In this document: one piece after another, positions 50,150-64,000 of the stretch | Numbering within the stretch: the stretch's first letter is position 1 | Layout: every line of letters starts with the position of its first letter | DNA from: Azolla caroliniana | Taxonomy: Eukaryota > Plantae > Polypodiophyta | Reading direction: 5' to 3' | Length of the DNA stretch: 64,000 bases | NCBI GenBank assembly: GCA_043228905.1 | Contig: JBHGNT010000009.1 | Span: 17,670,001-17,734,000 of the forward strand | Notes under the pieces: generated by a model | Told to the model about the DNA's origin: nothing | Database searches by the model: none | What the model saw: the letters and a program-made list of their open reading frames with translations, nothing else | Made by a program: the position numbers and the translations under genes

Positions 50150-50760
50150 GGCAATGTCCATGAAAATCCTGTATTAACAACAAAAAATTAGTCTAAAAGT
50201 TTCCTCACCCACTCATGATAGTCGGCTTCAACCCTCCCACCATCTTCACTCATCCTTATCACAGAAAAAATTTCTTCATTCAGTCCACATCAGGCATCTC
50301 GCCGATTAGCATGTTGCCAATGTCCACTAAAATCCTGTATTAACAACAAAAAATTAGTCTAAAAGTTTCCTCACCCACTCATGATAGTCAGCTTTGACCC
50401 CCCCACCATCTTCACTCATCCTTATCACAGAAAAAAAATCTTCATTCAGTCCACATCAGCCATCTCGCCGATTAGCATGTTGCCAATATTCACGAAAATC
50501 CTGTATTAACAACAAAAAATTTAGTCTAAAAGTTTTCTCACCCACTTATGATAGTCGGCTTCAACCCCCCCACCATCTTCACTCATCCTTATCACAAAAA
50601 AAATTCTTTATTCAATCCACATCAGCCATCTCGCCAATTACCACCCAATTCCTGTACAAATAACAAACAAAATGAGTCTAGAATATTTCCTCCTCTCCTC
50701 ATGAATTGCTTCGGCCTCCACGCCATCATCACTCATCCTCTCATCATAGCAATATGCTTC
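50150..50760. repeat. ~166-bp tandem repeat, three good copies plus decaying copies to ~51400
   Basis: AAATCCTGTATTAACAACAAAAAA recurs at ~50164, ~50330 and ~50496. Confidence 0.88.
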
Positions 50761-52066
50761 AATCTGTACTGTCATCAGTAATCATCCTATTGAACAGCAC
50801 AATATATATATATATATATATATATCCCAAATGATGTACCTATGAGAACAAAATGATATTATAGTAATCTCATCATAACATGCTTCAATTCCCACACCCC
50901 CATCACTCATCGTAATGAAAAACAGACAATCAACTACCTCAAACATCGACTCCTCAAGAAAAATATGCTTCCCACTCATCATTATCTCAAAAGAAAAAAA
51001 ATGCTTCATTCAGTCCGCATCAAACATCTCACCGATTACCATCAATGGCCTGTGAAAAACAACAACAAATTAAGTGTAAACAATTTCCACATCTCCTCAT
51101 GATATGCTTCGGCCGTCGCACCATCTTCACTTATCCTCTCTTCATGGAAACATGCTTCAATCCCCACCGCCATCATCAATCATCGTAATGAAAAATAAAA
51201 CCTGCTTCATTCAATCGACATCAACCATCTGTCAATGTCGCTGATTATCAACAAAATCATGTATGGATAGCACAACAGACGAGTTAAAAAAAACAATTTC
51301 TCACTTAGTCATGAAAATCTGCTTCCATTCCCACACCATAATCACTCATCATAATAAAAAACAAAAAAATCAACTTCCTCAAGGCCACATCAATCAGCTC
51401 GTTGTCATCAAGTATCCCCATTAGCTTAAACCTATAGAAGCAAACATGAATGCACACTCCCCTCTCCTTGTGAACATCTGCTCAACCACCAACAATCATT
51501 ATCAGTCATCCCTAACTAAGGTAAAGCATCTGCTTTACTATCCGCAACAAGCATATCGGAGATTACCGTCAAAAGCTTCTTTTATGAAAAGACTCTTGCT
51601 ATGTGCCACAATCACCTCTTCCATGTTGATTCATGTTGTGTGCTCTAAGGACGGTGCTGGTGGCGGGAACAACCAACGAGGTGGTATGTAATTCCACTTG
51701 ACATTAGCCTCTGCATCCAACATGATAGGAATAGATGACCAAACACTTCGAATTCTCCTTCTTTTTCGACTAGTTGTGTTTCCTTATCCCTTACAACTGT
51801 CGTAATCACCTTTAACCGTATGTAACAATAAGTCCCAAAAACGCTTAACTTGTTCTACAATATGAGTATTTTCATCATTGTATAGCTTGGAACACCTAGC
51901 TTTCCAAAGAACCCATAAACCCAAAGAGGAAACAATTTGCCAAACATAACTTCGCGAGAAGAACTTGATTCCCTACAAGGAACTTGAAATAGCATATACT
52001 TGAAAACATCTCACATGTAAAGACAAAGAAGAATGCTGACAATGATAAAAGGCCGTTTGTTGATCA

Positions 52067-53288
52067 TTGACTTTCTCTATCTTATTCTAACAAGAAATAA
52101 CAAGCACTTATGTAATCCACTATATGTGTTCTCTCAATTGTTTAGGTTGTCTCAAATACTATATGAGTGAATGACATGTTGCCACAATTTGATATGCACA
52201 TGTTTGGATTAATACATTGGCCGGGAAATAGACACAGGTCTGTACCGTGGCATGGTATTATTCTACCACTACACCACCAATGCACGCATGTTCTCAATTG
52301 CATATTTTACCCATAGACCCATTGTTCAATCTAATATTTTTGAATTATGAATAACATATTTACATCGGGAGTTGGGTTGTAGGTTGTGGGATGCAATTTC
52401 TTTTTGTGAGATATAGTTCACATGTTTGGATTGGTTCATTAGTCGGGGACGGAACCCATGTCTATAGAATCGATTCTTCCAGTAAAGCACCAATGCATGT
52501 GGTTTAAGACGTTTCTCACCTATGGAGAATATTATTGTAACTTTTTGACGGCCAAACCATTTATCCTTGACTTTCTCTATGTGATTCCACCAAGAAATAA
52601 CAACCACTTATGTAATCCACTATATGTTGTCTCTCAATTGGTAAAGTTGTATCAAATACTATACGAACCCAGGTCTGTACCGTGGCAAGGTATTATTCAA
52701 CCACTAGACCATTGATACACACATCATGTTCTCAATTGCATAGTTTACCCATATACCCATTCATCAATCTAATCTCTTTGAACTATGCACATCCTATTTA
52801 CATCGTGCGTTTGGTCGCAACTTTTGGGATGCAATTTCTTTTCATGAAATATAGTTCACGTGTTTGGATCATTTCATTGGCCGAGGATGGAACCCAGGTC
52901 TGTAGAATGGGAGGGATCTATTATTCCACTAAAGCACCAATGCATGTGGTATTAATTAAGTCGTTTCTCACCTACAGAGAATATTATTCTAACTTTTTGA
53001 TAGCCAAACCATTTTTCGTTCACTTTCTGTATCTGATTCTACCAAGAAATAACAAGCACTTACGTAATCCACTATATGTAGTCTCTCAATTGGTAAAGTT
53101 GTCTCAAATACTATATGAAGGAATGACATGTTGCCACAAAGTGATATGCACATGTTTGGATTAATACATTGGTCAGGAAATAAACATGAGTATGTACCAA
53201 GGGAGGGTACTATTCTACGAGTAGACCACGAATGCACACATGTTCTCAATTGTATATTTTACCCATAGGTTGATTGATCACTATAATC
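52067..53288 (-). repeat. tRNA-Gly-derived tandem array segment
   Basis: Degenerate tRNA heads near 52213, 52667 (partial) and 53165. Confidence 0.92.
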
Positions 53289-55995
53289 TTCTTCTTTTTA
53301 ATAAATGATTTTCTTCAATAGTATTAAGAACAAAATGCCCGAAGGCTACAACTTGGACCTAGCTACTGAGGTTACAACTTTTCCTATACAATGATGTAAA
53401 ATACAAGGATGTTTAGATTTGTTGATATTTAAGAAAGAGTCCATGGAAGTCGATATTGCCATTGAGGCTCTTGAGTTGACATTGTAAAGAGGGGCACCTT
53501 TTTCCATAAGTGAAGAAACTTTTTCCTTTTCTTGTTCACAGTATCTGGGGAACCCTGCATATTGTCATACTGGCCACGGACTACTGCCAACAAGTTCTCC
53601 CATATCTCAAACGACACATTTGAGAGATGAATGTCTACCCCATCGTAATGTCGGTTACATCGATATTTCCATAATGCCCATAATGTTATTGTGGTCACAG
53701 TTTTCCAATTTTGGACAAATCGCACTTGCTTGCGATGTTGTTGGAAGGGACTAACGAGTATCAATCTTCTATTATGTATTTCCATTGCCTTATGAACATC
53801 ATTTGCCTCATACAACATCAAGCCGAAATGTAATATTCCCCACATCGTTGATCTCCATTAGAATAGGCAACCTACATTGATTGTTAGGAATAAAGACATG
53901 ACTTTCTTCCATACTTGTTAAGCAAACAAACAAGACCATAGGACATGCTTAATAGTCTCCTGAGGTTCATGGCAAAAGCCACATTGCCACAAATTGGGTG
54001 CTACATTCCCTTTCAATGAATGACCAACGAGTAGTGCCATATGCACTAATAACCATTGAAAGAGAATAAATTTAGTTGGCCCCTTGAATGACCATATCCA
54101 TTTCCAATAGGTTCTCAAATGCAAAGTGGAAACACCCCAATTGGTCCAATGTTTGTAAGTTGCTAGTATCGTTACATTCTAAGAGAGCAGTAATGATCTT
54201 CCAAGTTTTACTGAGTACTGAAAGAAGGGGACCTTTGCAATATTTTCCCCCAAGGAGTATGACCAAAGCCAACCCCTCGGATCCCATGTTAATCTTGCAA
54301 CAGGATCTTTTGCGGATAACCACAGGATATCAGACATATGAGCAACTGATGGATAAGGATCAAGGATCCATTTCTTTCCAGTTTTACCAACCACTCTAAC
54401 TGGTGCACTTCGCAAGTCCTGTAGATAACTGCAATCAAAGATATAAGATTGCAATCTATTGTTGTCTAGGACCTCAAAATAAGAAACGCACCGCACCCAT
54501 TAGGTGAAACGCCCTCCATCAATGTATCATTTGTGAAGCATCCAAACCATATATGTTCCTGCCTAGGTTGGAAGGTTGTAAAAAACGAAGAATATGTTGC
54601 CGATAAGGTGGCCATCATTATCTTGGCACCATGAACTGATTGTAGATGTGCAAGTCGATCTTCTTGCGGCATTTGTTGAAAATGAATCCAAGTTCTTACA
54701 GATGCAGCTGGCCCATTATCCAATTTACCCCAAGCAAGGTGAGTACGCATGCCCAATACTTTTCCTGCATTATCCCGAAATAGAGAATTGGCAAGCATAG
54801 GCTAATTAAGTAATGCATCCTTTCCAAGCTTCTGATCCTAACAACAAACCTTTGATAACAAACTTAGTCAAGAGAGCTCTTGACTGCATCAAAGGATCTA
54901 TCAAACCCAACCCTCCATTGATTTTAGGTTGAATCAACACATTCCAAGCAACTTTGACTACTGTAGGAGAGCCATGTATTCCCCCCCAAAGGAAATTCTG
55001 GATCAAGCTTTGCACTTTTGTTATTGCTGATCTAGAAAATATCCACACAGATGTTATACACCACATTGATACCAATAGTATTGTGTTTGCTACTACAACC
55101 CAACCCGCAAAAGACAATTGTTGGGCATCCCAATACAGTAATTTACGTTTTATTGATAATAGTAACGGACATAGCATTGCTTCTGGCCTTAAATCTATTC
55201 CAACTATACATCCCAAATATCGAACTAGCTCAACACGATGAAGCCATCGGAAAGCAGGACTTGGATACCACTCAGGATGAGTTTCTGCACCCACCCAAAG
55301 GCCAACCGATTTATTCCAGTTAAGTGATGCATCTGTAGCATCTGAGAAAACCTCCAAAGCATTTTGTACTCGACCGAGATTTTCAATCTCCCCGTCAACA
55401 TAGAGGGTTGTATCATTTGCAAACTCAACATCCACTATAGTGGATTGTGTAATAGGTAATACTATGCCTTTGATACCAGAAGTTGACGATCTTAGGTAGG
55501 AGGACAAGGCTTCCCCAAACAAGATAAAAAGAAATGGAGCAAGAGGGAATCCTTGCCTAACAGAACTAGAGATAGGAAATAGCGTCTTGTATTCTCCGGC
55601 AAACAAATTTGAACTAGAAGCATGCTTGTAAAAGGATGAAACGCCTTTTATCCATGCGGTAGGAAAACCCAATCTTGACAACACTGCCTCAAGAAAATCC
55701 CAATCCACTTTATCATATGCCTTTTCAAAGTCAAGCAATAATATTGCAAGTTGTTGTTTATGTTGCTAAGCTAATGCAACCATTTCCCAAAACAAAAAGA
55801 TATTATCAAAAATACTTCTATCTTGCAGAGAGCCAGATTGTGTGTCATAAATAATAGACAGGAATACAGGTCGTAGACTAACTGCAATAGTTTTTGCCAC
55901 AATCTTATACACAACATTAAGCAATGTTATTGGTCGCCACTTGGAGACTTCATCACATTGAGCATCTGATTTAAGAATCATATATATGATTCCTT
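53289..55995 (-). mobile_element. 5'-truncated LINE (L1-like), ORF2 pseudogene
   Basis: WRPITLLNVVYKI, LLDFEKAYDKVDW, VRQGFPLAPFLF, EFANDT, VRYLG, GGLG, zf-RVT CGFC...ETIKHVLWSC, LWALWKYRC; T-rich tail ~53289-53299. Confidence 0.92.
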
Positions 55996-58922
55996 CTTAT
56001 AGAAGAATTCCTTATTGACCATATCTTGCCTTTGCGACCAGCGAGTTACATTACGATAGTCAAAGAACATTGGGCGTGCTTCTTGTTTTTCCTTTAGACT
56101 GCTTTTTATTTGCTACAAATCACAACATAATATAGATGACATTGGATACCTTTCCAACAATTGTTGTAATGCTACAAGAACACGACGCAAGTTAGCAATC
56201 TCTGAATTGCAGTGATAAACAGATGTGAAACTATTTTTGTGAATAGAATCTTTGTATTGACTATGGCCTGAGCCATATTGCTATGCAAACAATCATCCCA
56301 AAAATTGTAATTTGACCATATCTGAGTGATTGACATGCAATGATTATCATCACATAACAATACAGGAGGGATATGCAATTGCCTCGACTATCTCCTCTTA
56401 GTAAATGTAACAACCTATTTACATCGCCAGTTGGGTCGCAGGTTATTGGATGCAATTTCTTTTCGTCAAATATAGTTCACATGTTTATATCAGTTCATTG
56501 GACAGGGACTCAGATCTGTAGAATGGGAGGGATCTATTCTTCCACTAAAGCACCAATGAATGTGGTATTAGTTCAATCGTTTCTCACATACAGAAAATAT
56601 TATTCTAACTTTCTGATGGCCAAACCATTTTCCGTTGACTTTCTCTATCGAGAATGACATGTTGCCACAATATGACACACACATGTTTGGATTAATACAT
56701 TGGCCGGGAAACAAACACTGGTCTATACCGTGGTAGGGTGCTATTCTACCACTAGACCACCAATGCACGCATGTTCTCAATTGCATATTTTACCCATAGA
56801 CCCATTCATAAATCTAATATTTTTGAACTATGCACAACCTATTTACATCGTGAGTTGGGCCGTAGGTTGTGCGATACAATTTCTTTTCGTAAGATGTAAT
56901 TCACTTCTTTGGATCGGTTGATAAGCCGGGGACGGAACTATGCATATCCTATTTATATCGTGCATTCGATCACAACTTGTGGGATGCAATTTCTTTTCGT
57001 GAGATATAGTTCACATGTTTGGATAAGTTCATTGGCCGGGGACGGAACCCAGGTCTGTAGAATGGGAGAGATCTATTCTTCCAATAAAGCACCAATGCAT
57101 TTCTCATCTACGGAGAATTTTATTATAACTTTTTGACGGCCAAACCGTTTATCCTTGACCTTCTCTATCTGATTCCACCAAGAAATACCAACCACTTATG
57201 TAATACACGATATGTGGTCTCTCAATTGGTAAAGTTGTCTCAAATAGTATATGAGGGAATGACATGTTGCCACAAAGTGATATGCACATGTTTTGATTAA
57301 TGCATTGGGTGGGAATCAAGCCCGGGTCTGTACACTAGCACAATACTATTCTACCACTAGAACACAAACGCACACATCATTTTGTCAATGGCATTGTTTA
57401 CCCATACACCCATTCAAGAATCTAAACTTTCTCAACTATGCACATCCTACGTTTGGCCGCAACTTTCTTGGCTATGGAGCCCACGTCTGTAGAATGGGAG
57501 GGATCTATTCTTCCACTGAACCACCAATGCATGTGGTATTGGTTAAGTCGTTTCTCACGTACAATGAATATTATTCTATCTTTCTGACGGCCAAACCATA
57601 TATCCTTCACTTTCTCTATCTGATTTCACCAAGAAATAACAACCACTTATGGAATCCATTATATGTGGCCTCTCAATTAGTAAAGTTGGAAACCAAGTCT
57701 GTACCACTAGACCACCAACGCACACATCATGTAGAATGGAACCCAGGTTTGTACCATGGCAGGGTACTATTCTACCACTAGACCACCAACGCACACATCA
57801 TGTTCTCAATTGCATGGTTTACCCATAGACCCATTCATCAATCTAATCTTTTTGACCTATGCATATGCTATTTACATCGTGCATTCGATCGCAACTTGTG
57901 GAATGGAATTTCTTTTCATTAGATATAGTTCACGTGTTTAGATAAGTTCCTTGGCCGAGGACTGAACCCCAGGTCTGTAGAATGGGAGGGACCTATTCTT
58001 CCACTAAAGCACCAATACATGTGGTATTAGTTAAGTCGTTTCTCACCTAAAGAGAATATTATTTTAACTTTCTGACGGCCAAACCATTTTTCGTTCACTT
58101 TCTCCATTTGATTCTACAAAGAAATAACAAGCACTTATGTAATCTACTATATGTAGTCTCTCAATTGGTAAAGTTATCTCAAATACTATATCAGGGAATG
58201 AAGTGTTGCCACAATGTGATAAGCACAGTTTTGGATTAATACATTGGCCGGAAAACAAATATGGGTGTGTACCGTGGCAGGGTACTATTCTACCACTAGA
58301 CCACCAATGCACGCATGTTCTCAATTGCATATTTTACCCAAAGAACCAGACATAAATCTAATATTTTTGAACTATGTACAACCTATTTACATCTTGAGAT
58401 GGGTCACAGGTTGTGGGATGCAATTTCTTTTCGTGAGATGTAGTTTGCATCTTTGGATCGGTTCATTAATAGGGGATGGAACCCAGGTCTGTAGAATGGG
58501 AGGGATCTATTCTTCCACTAAGGCACCAATGTAGATGGTGTTAGTTAAGACTTTTCTACAGCCAAACCATTTATCCTTGACCTTCTCTATCTAATTCTAC
58601 CAAGAAATAACAACCACTTATGCAATCCACTATATGTGGTCTCTCAATTGGTAATGTTGTCTCAGATACTATATGAGGGAATGACATGTTGTTGGTTAAG
58701 ACTTTTCTACTATATGAGGGAATGACATGTTGTTGGTTAAGGCTTTTCTATGGCCAAACCATTTATCCTTGACATTCTCTATCTAATTCCACCAAGAAAT
58801 AACAACCACTTATGTAATCCACTATATCTGGTCTCTCAATTGGTAATGTTGTCTCAAATACTATATGAGGGAATGACATGATTCCACAACACAAACTGAT
58901 ATGCACATCATGTTTGGATTAA

Positions 58923-58993
58923 TGCATTGGCTGGGAATTGAACCCGGGTCTGTACCGTGGCAAGGTACTATTCTACCACTAGACCACCAATGT
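58923..58993 (-). tRNA. tRNA-Gly-GCC: tRNA-Gly(GCC) pseudogene
   Basis: G1>A and a T-stem mismatch; boxes and anticodon retained. Confidence 0.55.
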
Positions 58994-61724
58994 ACACATC
59001 ATGTTCTCAATTGCATGCTTTACCCATAGACCCATTCATCAATCTAATCTTTTTGAACTATGCACATCCTATTTACGTCGTGCATCCGGTCGCAACTTGT
59101 GGGATGCAATTTCTATTCATGAGATATAGTTTACTCGTTTGGATTGGTTCAGTGCCCGAGGACGGAACCCAGGTCTGTAGAATGGGAGGGATCTATTCTT
59201 CCACTAAAGCACCAATGCATGTGGTATTAATTAAATCGTTTCTCACCTACAGAGAATATTATGCTAACTTTCTGATAACCAAACTATTTATCCTTGACCT
59301 TCTCTATCTGATTCAACCAAGAAATAACAACCACTTATGTAATCCACTACATGAAGTTGGATACCTTTCCAACAATTGTTGTAATCCTGCAAGAGCACAA
59401 AGCAGGTTAGTGATTGACATCTGATGATTGTCATCAGATAACAACTCAGGAGGGATACGCAATAATCTCGTGTATCTCCTCTTAGTAAATGTTAAAACCT
59501 ATTAACATTGTGAGTTGGGTCGCAGGTTGTTGGATGACATATGTTTTCGTGACATATGGTTCACATGTTTCTATCGGTTAATTGAACGGGGACAGAACAC
59601 AGATCTGTAGAATGGGAGGGATCTATTTTTCCACTAAAGCACCAATGCATGTGGTATTAGTTGAGGCGTTTCTCACCGACAGAGAATAATATTCTAACTT
59701 TCTAACGGCCAAACCATTTTTCGTTGACTTTCTCTATCTGATTCACCAAGAAATAACAAACACATATGCAATTCACTATATGTAGTCTCTCAACTGCTAA
59801 AGTTGTCGCAAATACTATATGAGGGAATGACATGTTGTCACAATGTGATATGCACATGTTTGGATTATTCCATTGGCCGGAAACCAAACATGGGTCTTTA
59901 TCGTGGCAGGGTATTATTCTACCACTAGACCACGAATGCACAAATGTTCTCAATTCCATATTTTACCCATTGAACCATTCATCAAGCTAATATTTTTGAA
60001 CTATGAACAACCTATTTACATCGTGAGTTGGGTCACAGGTTGTGGGATGCAATTTATTTTCATAAGATATAGTTCACATGTTTGGATCGGTTTATTAGCT
60101 CGGGACGGAACCCAAGTCTGTAGAATGGGAGGGATGTATTCTTCCAATAAAGCACCAATGCATGTGGTGTTAGTTAAGACGTTTCTTATCTACGGAGAAT
60201 ATTAATCTAACTTTTTGACGGCCAAACCATTTATCCTGCACCTTCTCTATTTGATTCCACTAAGAAATACCAAGCACTGACGTAATCCACTACATGTGAT
60301 CTCTCAATTAGTAAAGTTGTCTCAAATACTATATAAGGTAATGACATGTTGCCATAAATTGATATGTAGATATTTTGAGTACTGCATTGGCCGGGAATTG
60401 AACCCGGATCTGTACCATGACAAGGTAGTCTTCTACCACTAGACCACCAATGCATACATCATGTTTTTAATTGCATGGTTTACCCATAGACCCATTCATC
60501 AATCTAATCTTTTTGAACTATGCATATCCTATTTACATCGTGCATTCAGTCGCAACTTGTGGGATGCAATTTCTTTTCGTGAGATGTAGTTTGCATCTTT
60601 GGATCGGTTCATTAATAGGGGACGAAAACCATGTCTATAGAATGGAAGGGATCCATCCTTCCACTAAAGCACTTATTCATGTGGTATTAGTTAAGTTGTT
60701 TCTCACCAATAGAGAATATTATTTTAACTTTTTGACGTCCAAACCATTTTTGGGTGACTTTCTCCATTTGATTCTACCAAGAAATAACATGCACTTATGT
60801 AATCCACTATATGTAGTCTCTCCATTGGTAAAGTTGTCTCAAATACTATATGTGGGAATGACGTGTTGCCACAATATGATATGCACATTTTTGGATTAAT
60901 ACATTGGCCGGAAAACAAATACGAGTTTGTACCGTGGCAAGGTACTATTCTGCCACTAGACCACCAATGCACGCATGTTCTCAATTGCATATTTTACCCA
61001 AAGAACCAGACATCAATCTAATATTTTTGAACTATGTACAACCTATTTACCTCTTGAGATGGGTCATAGGTTGTGGGATGCAATTTCTTTTCGTGAGATG
61101 TAGTTTGCATCTTTGGATCGGTTCATTAATAGGGGACGAAAACCATGTCTATAGAATGGAAGGGATCCATCCTTCCACTAAAGCACTTATTCATGTGGTA
61201 TTAGTTAAGTTGTTTCTCACCTATAGAGAATATTATTCTAACTTTTTGACGTCCAAACCATTTTTGGGTGACTTTCTCTATCTGATTCTACCAAGAAATA
61301 ACAAGCAGTTATGTATTCCAGTATATGTTGTCTCCCAATTGGTAAAGTTGTCTTAAATACTAAACGAGGGAATGACATGTTGCCACAAGGTGATATGCAC
61401 ATGTTTGGATTAATACATTGGTCGGGAAACAAACATGGGTCTATACCATGGCAGGGTACTGTTCTACCACTACACCACCAATGCACAAATGTCCTCAATT
61501 GCATATTTTACTCCTTGACCCATTCATCAATGTAATATTTTTGAACTATGCACAACCTATTTACATCATGAGTTGGGTCACAGGTTGTGGATGCAATTTC
61601 ATTTCGTGAGATATAGTTCACATTTTTGAACCCAGGTCTGTAGAATGTGAGGTATCTATTCTTCCACTAAAGCACCAATGCAGGTGGTGTTGGTTAAGAA
61701 GTTTCTCACCTAGGGAGAATATTA

Positions 61725-61739
61725 TGTTTTGAGCACAGA

Positions 61740-61789
<50 letters not shown>

Positions 61790-61981
61790 AGAGAGAGAAA
61801 CTCAAGAAATTTTTATTTAAATGAATGGAAAGACCTTATGCAGCAAATTGGTTTCGCTCGCTTAGAGCTTATTAGTGCAAAAGGTGGTTTATATAAGATG
61901 TGGAGAATGGGGAAAGGAGGAGAAAGAGGGAAAGTATAATCATAGTGAGTGCGGTGTAATATGAGTGAAAATAGATGGAGG
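61725..61981 (-). mobile_element. Probable truncated LTR fragment
   Basis: Non-array insert starting TG, with a long (GA)n tract and minus-strand TATATAAA upstream of the CT tract, as in the other LTRs here. Confidence 0.5.
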
Positions 61982-64000
61982 CCTTGACCTTCTCTATATT
62001 TGATTCCACCAAGAAATAACAACCACTTATGTAATCCACTATATACAGTCTCTCAATTGGTAAAGTTGTCTCAAATACTATATGGGGGAATGACATGCTG
62101 CCACAAAGTGATAGGCAGAGATGTTTTGATTAATGCATTGGCTGGGAATCGAACCCAGGTTTGTACCGTAGTACGGTACTATTTTACCAATAGACCACCA
62201 ATGTAAACAACATGTTCTCAATTGCATAATTTTCCCATTGATGACTCTAATGGTGTTTCACCATGCACAACCTATTTAAATCGTGTGAGTTGGGTCGGAG
62301 GTTGTGATATGCAATTTCTTTTCATGAGATATAGTGCACATGTTTGGATCGATTCATTGAACGGGGACGGAACCTAGCTTTGTAGAATGTGCGGGATCTG
62401 TTCTTCCACTAAAGCACCAATGCATGTGGTATTAGTTAAGACGTTTCTCACCTATGGAGAATATTTGTCTAACTTTGTGACGACCTGACTAATTATCCTT
62501 CCACTAAAGCACCAATGCATGTGGTATTATAAACTTTTGGTGGCCAAACCATTTGTCCTTGACCTTCTCTATCTAATTCCACCGATAAATAACAAGCACT
62601 TATGGAATCTATCAATTGGTAATGTGGTCTCAAATACTATATGAGGGAATGACATGTTGCCACAAAGTGATATGTAGATGTTTTCATTAATGCATTGGCC
62701 AAGAATCTGGGTCTATACCGTGGTAGGGTACTATTCTACCACTAGAACACCAATGCACACAACATGATCTCAACTGCATATATTACCCATAGACCCATTC
62801 ATCAATCTAATCTTTTTGAACTATGCACACCCTATTTAAATCGTGATTTGGGTGTGCTAAAAGGGTGGGTCAACTTGGGTACGTGCATCCTAAAAAGGGT
62901 GAGTTAAAAGGGTGGCACAAAGGAACACATGCACACCACAATATTATTGTAATTTTTTGACGGCCAAACGGTTTATCCTTGACCTTCTCTATCTGATTCT
63001 ACCAAGAAATAACAACCAGTTATGTAAGGTCTATCAATTGTAAAACTTGTCTCAAATACTATATGAAGGAATGACATGTTGTGACTATGTGATATGCACA
63101 TATTTTGATTAATGCATTAGTTCGGAATCTATCCCTGGTCTATACCGTGGGAGGATACTATTCTACCACTAAACCACCAATGCACACAACATGTTCTCAA
63201 TTGCATAGTTTAACCATAGACCCATCATCAATCTAATCTTTTTGGACTATGCACATCCTATTTACATCGTGCGTTCGATCACAACTTGTGGGATGCAATT
63301 TCTTTTCGTGAGATATAGTTCACGTGTTTGGGTCAGTACATTGGCCGAGGACGGAACCCAGGTCTGTAGAATGGGAGGGATCTATTCTTCCACTAAAGCA
63401 CCAATGCATGTGATATTAGTTAAGACGTTTCTCACCTACGGAGAATATTATTCTAACTTTTTGACGGCCAAACCGTTTATCCTGGACCTTCTCTATCTGA
63501 TGCCACCAAGAAGTAACAACCACTTATGTAATCCACTATATGTGGTCTCTCAATTGGTAAAGTTGTCTCAAATACTATATGAGGGAATGAGATGTTGCCT
63601 CAAAGTGATATGCACATGTTTGGATTAATGCATTCACAAGGAATCGAAGACGAGTTTGTACTGTGGCAAGGTACTATTCTACCACTAGACCACCAATGCA
63701 CACAAGATATTCTCAATTGCATATTTTAGCAATAGACCCATTCGTATTCTAATATTTTTAAACTATGCACAACCTATTTACATCGTGAGTTGGGTCGCAG
63801 GTTGTGGGATGCAATTTTGTTTCGTGAGATATAGTTCACATGTTTGGATCGATTCATAGCCGAGGACGGAACCTAGGTCTGTAGAATGGGAGGGATCCAT
63901 TCTTCCACTAAATAACCAATGTATGTGGTATTATTTAAGACATTTCTTACCCACGGAGAATATTATTCTAACTTTCTGACGGACAAACCATTTTTCCTTG

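Larger units (their letters stand above)
48880..52066 (-). mobile_element. 5'-truncated LINE (L1-like) with a long 3' region
   Basis: T-rich tail at 48880-48893. Minus strand ~51950-51640 reads VWQIVSSLGLWVLWKARCSKLYN...FWDLLLHTVKGDYD...WNYIPPRW, resembling the ORF2 C-terminus at 53429-53845. The array resumes in phase at 52067. Confidence 0.72.
56410..64000 (-). repeat. tRNA-Gly-derived tandem array, diverged and rearranged; continues past the right edge
   Basis: Degenerate tRNA heads at ~56696, 57301, 58240, 58923, 59869, 60383, 60900, 61414, 62134, 62691, 63112 and 63629. Confidence 0.95.

Noticed and set aside
61746-61800. (GA)n, (CT)n and (AT)n microsatellites here and at ~14895, ~41716 and ~50803
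   Set aside because: Ordinary components of LTRs and UTRs.
7634-64000. Array monomer as a dispersed SINE
   Set aside because: Units are head-to-tail with no poly(A) tails or per-unit TSDs, so tandem amplification fits better; a SINE origin cannot be fully excluded.

Overview
Eukaryotic nuclear DNA from a land plant; a non-seed plant such as a fern is inferred from the Tcn1-like chromovirus. No host protein-coding gene is supported. The backbone is a tandem array built from tRNA-Gly(GCC) genes and pseudogenes on the minus strand (7634-14892, 20547-22796, 43618-48879, 52067-53288, ~56410-64000). It has a three-tier structure: a ~220-290 bp tRNA unit, a ~513 bp dimer, and a homogenised 1026 bp higher-order repeat. 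Nested retroelements interrupt the array: four Ty1/copia copies, a Tcn1-like self-priming chromovirus, three insertions of a Ty3/gypsy lineage at CpG-centred 4-bp sites, a solo LTR and two 5'-truncated LINEs. The most unusual item is a 2.95 kb non-coding LTR element (25533-28484) with tRNA-Arg primer-binding-like sites at BOTH inner LTR ends and no LTR-adjacent polypurine tract. Also notable are antisense tRNA-like Pol III A/B-box modules in the LTRs of two different gypsy families, and array copies whose anticodon has changed from GCC to CCC or ACC. All coordinates and comparisons were read by eye, and the tRNA matches rely on recalled plant tRNA sequences.
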